DNA from: an uncultured virus (IMG/VR IMGVR_UViG_3300030116_004105)
Taxonomy: Duplodnaviria > Heunggongvirae > Uroviricota > Caudoviricetes
Length of the DNA: 64,000 nt
Direction: 5' to 3' (one strand)
Virus record (IMG/VR): IMGVR_UViG_3300030116_004105
Location: 1-64,000 of that record
Position 1 is the first letter of the stretch. Each line of letters begins with the position of its first letter. Below, piece by piece: positions 1 through 8,018 of this stretch. A program made the position numbers and the translations under genes. The notes under the pieces were generated by a model that was not told the origin of the DNA, made no database searches, and saw only the letters and a program-made list of their open reading frames with translations.

Positions 1-2355
1 CAAAATAAACAAACTATTTGCTTCGCTCCAGTTTTGATTGTATTCTCCGTCAGAACCATTTAAATTAGTCATGTTAGAAAAAATAACACCTCTATTAGAA
101 TTATTACCCCAAAAACCTCTACCAACCATTCTAATTCTGTCTCCAGCATTTAAATTTATAGGTATAGGATCCCCTTGTAAATCTTCTCCATCAACATCAG
201 GAAACATTTGTGTAACAGTTGATTGACTTCTTGCAGGCCCATCTTGACAACATCCAAGAGCTCCTGAAAATGGATCACCATTTTCATCAGCATGAGCATA
301 ATAAGTTACGTTATCCTTTATAACTTCTATTCTAATTTGTATAGGTTCACATTGATTACCACTACCATTATTTCTAAAATACCAAGATCTATATGATAAT
401 GACGTAATAGTCATAGTTGCTGGTATAACTATTTCATCCCCGTTAGGACAAAAAGTTGCAAAAGCTTCAGTATTATCTAAAACACTATGATTAGCTAAAT
501 CAAATGTACATGGAGCGCTCCAACCACTACCAGGTAATGCTGGACCATCTGGATTAAAACTAGCTCCTCTATATATTCTAAGAGTTCCAGAATAATCTAC
601 ACCAATAGCATCTGTACCCGCACTATTTGAAAGTTCAAAAAAACTAGGATGTTGAGGCTCATGCCCATTATCTTCATATTGTATTTGACTAATAGAAGAA
701 AATCTTTCATTACTATTAGAAGGAAAATGATGATGTCTAACTCTTCGATTAGCAAGATTGTTTATAGGTTCACCAGTATCAAAAGAAGTTTCATCCCAAA
801 CTTCAAAATTTTCATTTGCAGGATACAACTCATTAGCATTTTCCCAATAGTTCATACCTCTTTCTAAAGGATCCATTTCTGGTAAACTAGTATCCGTTAC
901 GTGGAATACTTTAGCATGAGGACTTAAGTTTGCTAAATTTGAATAAGGATTACTGCTAGATACACTAGATAATTTAGTAGTTTCTCCAGCATATGTATCT
1001 CTTCCAGGTATATGATAAGCATAAGACATACTACCATCGTGAAGTACAAATGCAATGTAAAAAGCATAAACTTCATCTCTCATATATCCTCTATACCTGT
1101 AATTTAATTTATCAGATCTATAAGATTTTTCATCATCTATTTCTTGAACTATTGAAGATGATCCTGTACTATCAACAGGTTTAGTACCAAATCCAGTTTC
1201 AAAATTATCTACAGAAGCAATAAAAGTATCAAACTGGTTTATTCTTTTTGTAACTGCTTGTACTTTTATATTGTTAGCATATTTTTGATACCCTATATCT
1301 TTATTACTTGTAGTATTACCTAAATATAATACGTCATCTAATTGTGTTATATTTTTAGCTGTATCATAACCTATAGTATCTACTATTACACTTTCTAAAG
1401 GAGCGGCTGATAAATTTTCAGTACCATTAAAAGTTACACCGTTATTAATAACAGTACCTATTTCAATATCATTTAGTTTATAAGCATCTGTAGCTGTACC
1501 TTGTTTTCTAATTACTACCGGTCTAATATATTTATAATCAACTGCGCCTGTATTAGAAACTGTCCATTTAATAGATTTTGACGTTTGAGTACCTGCTTTA
1601 GCTCCATCAATTTTAGTAGTAGGTCTAGTAGAGTCAAACTCTTCTATAATAGATACTGGATTTGATACTGATAAAAAATTTGTAGCAACAAGATCTTCAT
1701 CGACATAAGCTATTGCTAAATAATATACACCTGTTGTTAATCCTCCTCCTTCAGAAATTGCTGGATCTTCACTTACTTCTGGTAATGATATAGCTGGTAT
1801 AGGACCAGAGCTTGGAAATAAATTTAATAAATCTATATGATTTGCATGAGAGTCAGAAGGGTTTATACCATATAAATTAGTTTTAGGTTGCCCTGACTCT
1901 AAACTACGTTCTTGTCTAGTAACATTAAAAGCTCTCGGAGGATTTAAATCATCTGTAAAATAAACAATTAAATCGTTGTTAGAGTTTATTTTATAAGTAC
2001 CTTCTATTAAATATTGTGTATTAAAATTTAATTTAGGGTCAGATTCAGTTGTAACAGGTTGATAAAGAGCTCTATATGTATCTTTTTCCCATATACCTAT
2101 TTCATCACGCATTACAGGTTGTACGCTTTCTGTTTGTCTTAAAAATAATACTACTCTATTATCAGAAATTTCAATAGCACCAATAACTACAAAACCTGGT
2201 TCTAATTCACCTGCTTTAATTGTACCTTTTTCATTAGATATAGAACCTTTAATTCTGTTAACAACAGCGTTTAAAGCGTATCTCCAAGTTCCTTCTGGTT
2301 GATCAATTTGTCCAGTATCTTTGAATAATCCTTTTATAAATCTTTTATCTGCCAT
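1..2355 (-). CDS. crAss-like tail stabilization/muzzle protein, partial (runs off the left edge; missing from the ORF track)
   Basis: ATG at 2355 overlaps the upstream stop (TAATG). It translates MADKRFIKGLFKDTGQIDQPEGTWRYALNAV..., contains YFTDDLNPPR and GYMRDEVYAFYIAFVLHDGSMSYAYHIPGR, and is open in frame at the points checked (about 1140 and 60-1). It follows the tail tubular gene, as in crAss-like phages. Confidence 0.8.
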   Translation of the reverse strand, partial: MADKRFIKGLFKDTGQIDQPEGTWRYALNAVVNRIKGSISNEKGTIKAGELEPGFVVIGAIEISDNRVVLFLRQTESVQPVMRDEIGIWEKDTYRALYQPVTTESDPKLNFNTQYLIEGTYKINSNNDLIVYFTDDLNPPRAFNVTRQERSLESGQPKTNLYGINPSDSHANHIDLLNLFPSSGPIPAISLPEVSEDPAISEGGGLTTGVYYLAIAYVDEDLVATNFLSVSNPVSIIEEFDSTRPTTKIDGAKAGTQTSKSIKWTVSNTGAVDYKYIRPVVIRKQGTATDAYKLNDIEIGTVINNGVTFNGTENLSAAPLESVIVDTIGYDTAKNITQLDDVLYLGNTTSNKDIGYQKYANNIKVQAVTKRINQFDTFIASVDNFETGFGTKPVDSTGSSSIVQEIDDEKSYRSDKLNYRYRGYMRDEVYAFYIAFVLHDGSMSYAYHIPGRDTYAGETTKLSSVSSSNPYSNLANLSPHAKVFHVTDTSLPEMDPLERGMNYWENANELYPANENFEVWDETSFDTGEPINNLANRRVRHHHFPSNSNERFSSISQIQYEDNGHEPQHPSFFELSNSAGTDAIGVDYSGTLRIYRGASFNPDGPALPGSGWSAPCTFDLANHSVLDNTEAFATFCPNGDEIVIPATMTITSLSYRSWYFRNNGSGNQCEPIQIRIEVIKDNVTYYAHADENGDPFSGALGCCQDGPARSQSTVTQMFPDVDGEDLQGDPIPINLNAGDRIRMVGRGFWGNNSNRGVIFSNMTNLNGSDGEYNQNWSEANSLFIL

Positions 2356-3236
2356 TATCGTTCAAAGTTTCCTTTTGCGTTTAATTGTTCAAATGCTAAA
2401 TCATGTTTATCTAATGATGGTACTAATTGTACCCACTGATTCATAAATGATTCGTATCTATCTATATCTGGGTAATTTGCAGTGTTTCTAGCTTGTGTGC
2501 AATAATACTTCCATTGCTCTTCTGCAAAACTATAATCTACACCATTGTTTAATATTGTAGGATAAGACAATAATAATTTTTTATATATGTACCAAAACAT
2601 AGCTTCTTTAAAACTTATATCAGCTGGAACTAATGGGAAATTGTCACCGTCAGTTGGAAAAGCTTTATAACTTATACATATATTTCCAGATTCAAATGAT
2701 GTTTTTATATATCCATTATCAATAATATATGTTTCTTCATGCTTAGCATTTAAATTAACACAATTTTCACAATGTATACTTTCATGAAAAGTGCTAGCTC
2801 CATATTGCAATGGCATTAAGTTAGCTTCATTTTGAAAAAATACATTTTCTAATACTACAATTCTATTATTAATTTCTTGTAGAGTTACTACTGTATTATC
2901 ATAAGGTAAACCTTCTTCTTGTGCAGCTGTAATTGTTTCAGTTAATGTTTTAACTTTTTCAACTAATGTGTCTAGCTCCGCAGATACTGTAGGAGAAATA
3001 GCTGAATTAACTGCAACTTGATTTATATAATATAAATCTTTAGGTAATAAATGTCTATGATCTTTTATAGGAAGAACACCTGTTTTAGTAACAAGCTGAG
3101 CACTAGAACCAATATGTTCTAATGCTTCTCCTATCCATTCAACTGCATCATCAATCCAATTATCATTTTGAAGTCTTAAGTCTCTAAATACTTTTCGTAT
3201 TACAACTTTGGCAGACTCTGTTCTGTATATAGCCAT
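2355..3236 (-). CDS. Tail tubular/ring protein (crAss Ttub-like)
   Basis: 293 aa. EWIGEALEHIG, YIKTSFESG-ICISY-AFPTDGDNFPLVP and W-YYC-QAR motifs; lies just upstream of the stabilization protein. Confidence 0.7.
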   Translation of the reverse strand: MAIYRTESAKVVIRKVFRDLRLQNDNWIDDAVEWIGEALEHIGSSAQLVTKTGVLPIKDHRHLLPKDLYYINQVAVNSAISPTVSAELDTLVEKVKTLTETITAAQEEGLPYDNTVVTLQEINNRIVVLENVFFQNEANLMPLQYGASTFHESIHCENCVNLNAKHEETYIIDNGYIKTSFESGNICISYKAFPTDGDNFPLVPADISFKEAMFWYIYKKLLLSYPTILNNGVDYSFAEEQWKYYCTQARNTANYPDIDRYESFMNQWVQLVPSLDKHDLAFEQLNAKGNFER

Positions 3237-3242
3237 TGTATA

Positions 3243-3419
3243 TTATATTATATCATCTAAATTTACTACAGAAGGTTCATCAATAAAACCGCCATAACGA
3301 TTTATTTTTACACACTTGTCTTTACCGTTTACAGTTCCATCATATCTGTAACCTTCCCAACAAGCTTTACCGTCAGCTCCTTTTATTTTACCTTTTTTAT
3401 TTTTTGCTTTACTACTCAT
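3243..3419 (-). CDS. Small 58-aa protein with a CWEGY...C motif (below the ORF-track cutoff)
   Basis: Reads MSSKAKNKKGKIKGADGKACWEGYRYDGTVNGKDKCVKINRYGGFIDEPSVVNLDDII*. It fills the gap exactly and overlaps the previous stop (ATGA). Confidence 0.7.
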   Translation of the reverse strand: MSSKAKNKKGKIKGADGKACWEGYRYDGTVNGKDKCVKINRYGGFIDEPSVVNLDDII

Positions 3420-3892
3420 CGCTTTTTAAATTTTAAATATGCTAACTCGTCTGTTTTTAATAAATTTATAAGTTTATCTTTATTTCCTTTAATACCTCTA
3501 GTAGCATCAAATCTATAAACTGATTTATTTTTTATTTTACATTTTCCTTTATTCCAATAAAATTTGCAATAAAAAGGATCTGTATGATAAACAAACCATT
3601 GTTCTCCTTTTCCTGTATCAGGGTTAAATACTTCTTTTCCTTCTGCTATTAATTCTTTTCTATATTTATTGCTTTCACCCCAATCTATTCTAGGATTACG
3701 CGGATCTCTATCGTGTCTGGTTATTGATATGGAAGATAGATTAAAGCCCATATTAAAATCTTTACCTTCCAAGATATAGTCCATAATTCCTATATTAAAC
3801 TCTGAACATATATCTCGAAATGTAAGATTATCTATTGAAGGATCAACTTCTTTAGAATAGGCTTTATATACATCTTTTAAAGTAAAAGACAT
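3416..3892 (-). CDS. crAss-like IHF/HU-related protein
   Basis: 158 aa with an IDWGES motif and YCKFYWNK; conserved position next to Ttub in crAss-like phages. Confidence 0.55.
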   Translation of the reverse strand: MSFTLKDVYKAYSKEVDPSIDNLTFRDICSEFNIGIMDYILEGKDFNMGFNLSSISITRHDRDPRNPRIDWGESNKYRKELIAEGKEVFNPDTGKGEQWFVYHTDPFYCKFYWNKGKCKIKNKSVYRFDATRGIKGNKDKLINLLKTDELAYLKFKKR

Positions 3893-4656
3893 TAGTACTT
3901 GTACCCTCCTCGTTTTCTGCGCTTTCTAAGAGCAGACTTCATGCTTTCTTTTCTATTTCCGTCTTTATCAAAATCTAAATAATCAGGTTTAACTCCACCA
4001 GATTTATATTTCATTTTCTTTAACCCACCAGAGCCCATTTTATTTCCTCCTCTAGGAATTTTATCAAACACACTCTTACTTGTAAGTCTTCTAGCTAGAT
4101 CTTGAGAAACACCACTGTTTCCAGTGTTTATTTTTTTAGGCTTACTAGAAGTAGTAGCTTTAGGTTTCTTTTTCTTTGCTAAATCCTCTTTTGTATTAGT
4201 AGAATACTTTTTACCTTTATACATAAATGTTTTACCAGGCCCTAACATTTTACGATTTTCTTTAAATGTTTCACCAAAAGATTTTTCTTTTGTTTGAATC
4301 TTTTTAGCACCAGGAGAATTAACTTTAGCTTTAGGCTTAGGTGCTTCTATTTTAGATCCAGGACTTTTTTTAGGTTTCATTTTTGACAAACCACTACTTG
4401 CATTAATTTTTGCAGTAGTACTTTTATTTCCTGCTGGAGTTGTAGAAGCTACTTTTTCTATTTGAGCTGCTTGAGCATCTGTTGTAGAAGTACCAGACTT
4501 CTTTTTATTTTTACCTGTAAGTTTATTTTTTACTTTTTTTACAAGTTTTTTAAGCCCACCTTTTTTATAGAGTTGACGTTCAGCCTCTAGGTGTAATGCA
4601 TCTAGATCATCATAAGATGGATCTAATAAAAAATCGTCAAAATTATTCTTTGCCAT
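3892..4656 (-). CDS. Lys-rich basic protein, possibly an internal virion or DNA-condensing protein
   Basis: 254 aa, very K-rich. Contains SFGETFKENRK...TFMYKGKKYST, a DxDxDG loop (DFDKDG) and several xxGG motifs. Confidence 0.6.
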   Translation of the reverse strand: MAKNNFDDFLLDPSYDDLDALHLEAERQLYKKGGLKKLVKKVKNKLTGKNKKKSGTSTTDAQAAQIEKVASTTPAGNKSTTAKINASSGLSKMKPKKSPGSKIEAPKPKAKVNSPGAKKIQTKEKSFGETFKENRKMLGPGKTFMYKGKKYSTNTKEDLAKKKKPKATTSSKPKKINTGNSGVSQDLARRLTSKSVFDKIPRGGNKMGSGGLKKMKYKSGGVKPDYLDFDKDGNRKESMKSALRKRRKRGGYKY

Positions 4657-4667
4657 TTTAATTTAAT

Positions 4668-5417
4668 TTATTGTTCGTTTTGTTGTTGTTGCCTAGGTCT
4701 TGATGCCCCACCGCTTTTCGATTGAGGATCTTGAGATCTATCATTTAAAGTATCGGAGAAAGTTCCAGACAACAAAGTCAACTCTCCGTTTGTTATTCCT
4801 TGATTAATTAAATTTACCATGTCTACAGGTATTGGATACGGATCTTTTGTAGGGTCATAACATTCAGTGTAATACTCTCCTGTTTCAGGATCTTGTTTTC
4901 CACATTGAGAAAATTTAGAAACTTCTTCAGGGTTTTCAAATACTCCCCTAATATTAATTGTATCTATACCATCAGAATTATGGATGTATAAATAATCTCC
5001 AATCATATAAGCTTTATATCTACCTTTAGTATAAGTATCATATGATAAAAATTGAAGTGTGTTTGGATTAATTAATGGTATAGTTTTAGTACCAGTAACA
5101 TCTCCAATATAAGTTAAAGCACTTTGAAAGTTAAGTCTTAAAGCTCTAGGAATAGGATTTACAGTTCTAAGGACTTTAGTTCCAACAGGTAGATTACAAC
5201 ATTTAGATCCATCTATAATCCGTAAATCTACGCATCCTAAATCTTGTTCTATATGATTTGAAATATACCCATTACGAGCAAAATCTCTCCTAATAAACAT
5301 TGCTCTGTAATGCCTAATGTTAAATTTAATTTGATCTAAAGATATATCTTCATCTTGATTAGACAAACCTCCTCTAATCAAATTTAATAAGTTATATGCT
5401 ATCTCATCTAATGTCAT
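4668..5417 (-). CDS. Head-tail connector/ring protein (crAss gene73-like)
   Basis: 249 aa. MTLDEIAYNL start, YLYI and GVFENPEEV-F motifs, YPIP C-terminal motif. Confidence 0.6.
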   Translation of the reverse strand: MTLDEIAYNLLNLIRGGLSNQDEDISLDQIKFNIRHYRAMFIRRDFARNGYISNHIEQDLGCVDLRIIDGSKCCNLPVGTKVLRTVNPIPRALRLNFQSALTYIGDVTGTKTIPLINPNTLQFLSYDTYTKGRYKAYMIGDYLYIHNSDGIDTINIRGVFENPEEVSKFSQCGKQDPETGEYYTECYDPTKDPYPIPVDMVNLINQGITNGELTLLSGTFSDTLNDRSQDPQSKSGGASRPRQQQQNEQ

Positions 5418-5803
5418 TATTTTTTTCTAATTTTTTCTATAGATCTTCCTGCAAAGTAAGCTCCATAAACAGTTATCAATAAAGTTTGATATATTGGTAT
5501 ATAGGCTGGAGCTATTTCAAATCCTCCAGCATTTCCATCAAAAATTGAAATAATAACAAACATTGCTGTTAAAAATATACATATTAATGGACGTATATTT
5601 TTGCTAAGCCAATTATCAGATTTCATATCAGCTTCCCAACGCCTAGTAACTTGTTCCTGAGCATCTGCTTCAGCTTGCATAAGAACTTCTTTCATAGCTT
5701 GCTTAGCAGCTAATCTTTCTTCTTCAGTAGTAGTTAAATTATCTATTACTCCTCCTACCTTTTCTATTACGTTTCCGCCTAATATTTTTAATAGTTTACT
5801 CAT
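5417..5803 (-). CDS. Holin (GTA 3TM-holin-like)
   Basis: RWEADMKSDNWLSKNIRP followed by hydrophobic helices and YFAGRSIEK; adjacent to the endolysin. Confidence 0.75.
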   Translation of the reverse strand: MSKLLKILGGNVIEKVGGVIDNLTTTEEERLAAKQAMKEVLMQAEADAQEQVTRRWEADMKSDNWLSKNIRPLICIFLTAMFVIISIFDGNAGGFEIAPAYIPIYQTLLITVYGAYFAGRSIEKIRKK

Positions 5804-6270
5804 TATAATATAATTATGTCTGGAGCATATCTATATCTAGTATCTCCATCCTTATCTTTATAAGCTTCTAATACTTCTTTTCTATTGTCTTTCTTTTTAA
5901 GAGATATATGTATCCATGCAAAATCAAACTCATTAATCATTTGATCAAATTCTAATCCTGATTGTAAAACCCAGTCATATATTTCTTTATTAGACATTTG
6001 GCCTTCTTTCCAAAATTGTAAATCCAAAGCTTCACCTTTACAGTGCTGCGACTTAGAGCTGCCACCAATAGCACGATTGAGTTCCGGGTTGCGATAACCA
6101 CTACTAATCCTGATAGGACCAAGATGGTCGCGCATAGGTTGTATAAGGTTTGTAATAATCCTTTGGATACCTTCCATATGTTTTTTCGTTGGCTCATTAC
6201 TTATGCCTAATCTTTTTGCTGTATTGCTTCGAGTAATCTCGGATAATACAAAATTTTTACTTAATCTCAT
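5803..6270 (-). CDS. Endolysin, peptidase M15A family
   Basis: SSGYRNPELNRAIGGSSKSQHCKGEALD and WIHIS Zn-ligand motifs. Confidence 0.9.
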   Translation of the reverse strand: MRLSKNFVLSEITRSNTAKRLGISNEPTKKHMEGIQRIITNLIQPMRDHLGPIRISSGYRNPELNRAIGGSSKSQHCKGEALDLQFWKEGQMSNKEIYDWVLQSGLEFDQMINEFDFAWIHISLKKKDNRKEVLEAYKDKDGDTRYRYAPDIIIL

Positions 6271-6288
6271 AATTTTTAATTAAAAATT

Positions 6289-6624
6289 TTAAAATGCTTC
6301 CATTACAATTTCATCTATAGAATTCTGTACTTCTTTTTTAGTAGCTTCCATAGTCATCATAATATTTGCTTGAAATCTTTTTACCTCTTCGTTATTATTA
6401 AATATTACAATAGTAGGTACAACTACTATTTTATATTCACTTGCCCATCTAGAGTCAGATGTTATATCCACTCTTTCTGTTTCACAGTCTGATAACTTTG
6501 GTAACCATTCTACCTGGTTAGCTGCATTAAAACTAGCATTAAACTCAACAGCAACCATTCCATCAGGAAAGTCTTGAGCCATAGCGCCAGTATAAATACA
6601 AAATAAAACAAATAGTTTTTTCAT
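6289..6624 (-). CDS. Exported thioredoxin-fold protein lacking CXXC
   Basis: Signal peptide MKKLFVLFCIYTGAMA|QD. VEFNASFN replaces the usual VDFxAxWCxxC; YKIVVVPTIVIFNNNEEVKRF matches the Trx cis-Pro strand. Confidence 0.7.
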   Translation of the reverse strand: MKKLFVLFCIYTGAMAQDFPDGMVAVEFNASFNAANQVEWLPKLSDCETERVDITSDSRWASEYKIVVVPTIVIFNNNEEVKRFQANIMMTMEATKKEVQNSIDEIVMEAF

Positions 6625-6630
6625 AAGATA

Positions 6631-6915
6631 TTATTTTAAGTCATCTATCTTTTCTTCAAGACGTAGCATATGTCCTTTAATTTCTTTTACATCATCTTGA
6701 GTTGTCATAATAGTTTGACGGATTAATTGATCTTTCATATCATACTCCATGCGGGTAATCTCAGGATCAGGAGGCAGAGGTAATTTTTTAGCCTCTGCTA
6801 TATCTGCTTGCAGTACAAACCATCCACTAATGGCTGCAGCCATTAATACTGCTATACCTGCTAAAGTTTTTAAACTTATATTAAAAGATGTTTCTTCGCT
6901 TAATTCTTTTGCCAT
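6631..6915 (-). CDS. Single-pass membrane protein with a Pro-rich linker and C-terminal coiled coil
   Basis: TM segment LAGIAVLMAAAISGWFVL, then KLPLPPDPE, then heptad-like DVKEIKGHMLRLEEKIDDLK. Confidence 0.65.
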   Translation of the reverse strand: MAKELSEETSFNISLKTLAGIAVLMAAAISGWFVLQADIAEAKKLPLPPDPEITRMEYDMKDQLIRQTIMTTQDDVKEIKGHMLRLEEKIDDLK

Positions 6916-6917
6916 TT

Positions 6918-8018
6918 TTAAAATATTACATAGTTAAGACCAACGCTAAAGTTGTGCCATTGTCTGTTCCAATACTTATTGTATCTACCTTCTATAAATA
7001 CACCTAAGCTTTTATTAAATCTATATCCATATATTAGTCCTGCTGAATAATCTAACCATTGTTTACCCTTGTAATTATAATAAGAGTATTCATTACCTGT
7101 GTCTACATGGTAAGGCATAAGATTACCCCAGCTGTGAAACCAGAAATCTTTTGTAAAATGATAATAATCAAATCCTAATACTGCAGAGTATTCTACTATA
7201 TTAGATATAGAATTTCTTTGATCTTCTACATAGTCATCTATTACTTGAGGTATAACAACCTCTTCCCACACTTCTTGACTAGTTGCTACTACCTCTCCAT
7301 TGGGTGCTGAATACTGTCCATCTAATGTTATAGTGTATCCCTCTTGAAGTGCCAAGTATGTATAATGTAAAGTCCCATTGTCCAGCACCCAGTCTGCTAA
7401 AGGGTCAAAACCGTATGGTTCTGCAAGCCTTTGAACAGCTCCTAAGTTAAAAGATAATTTACCTGTTTCTCCTATTTGCAATCTAAACCTTTCAGACGCT
7501 TCAAAATATTTTATATCTGCAAATCCGTCTTCTAAGTACTCTACTTTACTTACCCATTTGTCAGCAACGTATCTTACAAAATGATGTTGGTTTGTAAAGT
7601 TAACACCTAAACGGCGTACAAAATCAGCTTCGAATAAATACTCAAAGCCATCGACTCTACCAATTGTGGCTGCATCACTGTATGAATTTTCTGTACCATT
7701 ATAAAAGGTAAGAGCTCTATTTTCATATCCAAATCTTTTTATTTTTCTTATACCTATAGATAATGTGTAATCAAAAGGTGTTTGTACTGTTTGCTCTTCT
7801 AATGTTCCAGAAGTAATAGACCATATTTGATCATCACCTAATGATGTCCCACCATTGACAGCAGCATAAAACGTAGAATATTTAAATATTTTATGTAATC
7901 CTTGAGCATTACAAGAAGGAGCTGCTATAGTAAAAAATATTAAATAAAATAAAACTAGTACTATCCAAAATGATAAGTACGCAACGTCAGGTGTAAAAAA
8001 TTCTTTTAATCTTTTCAT
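6918..8018 (-). CDS. Putative outer-membrane beta-barrel protein
   Basis: N-terminal hydrophobic signal ending CNA|QG, aromatic-rich alternating beta strands, and C-terminal NFSVGLNYVIF (BAM-type terminal Phe). Confidence 0.65.
   Translation of the reverse strand: MKRLKEFFTPDVAYLSFWIVLVLFYLIFFTIAAPSCNAQGLHKIFKYSTFYAAVNGGTSLGDDQIWSITSGTLEEQTVQTPFDYTLSIGIRKIKRFGYENRALTFYNGTENSYSDAATIGRVDGFEYLFEADFVRRLGVNFTNQHHFVRYVADKWVSKVEYLEDGFADIKYFEASERFRLQIGETGKLSFNLGAVQRLAEPYGFDPLADWVLDNGTLHYTYLALQEGYTITLDGQYSAPNGEVVATSQEVWEEVVIPQVIDDYVEDQRNSISNIVEYSAVLGFDYYHFTKDFWFHSWGNLMPYHVDTGNEYSYYNYKGKQWLDYSAGLIYGYRFNKSLGVFIEGRYNKYWNRQWHNFSVGLNYVIF

Noticed and set aside
38..1184. Short plus-strand ORFs in the track (38-226, 649-867, 993-1184) and similar antisense ORFs elsewhere (e.g. 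43356-43970, 60566-61189)
   Set aside because: They are shadows opposite well-supported genes and have no recognisable motifs.
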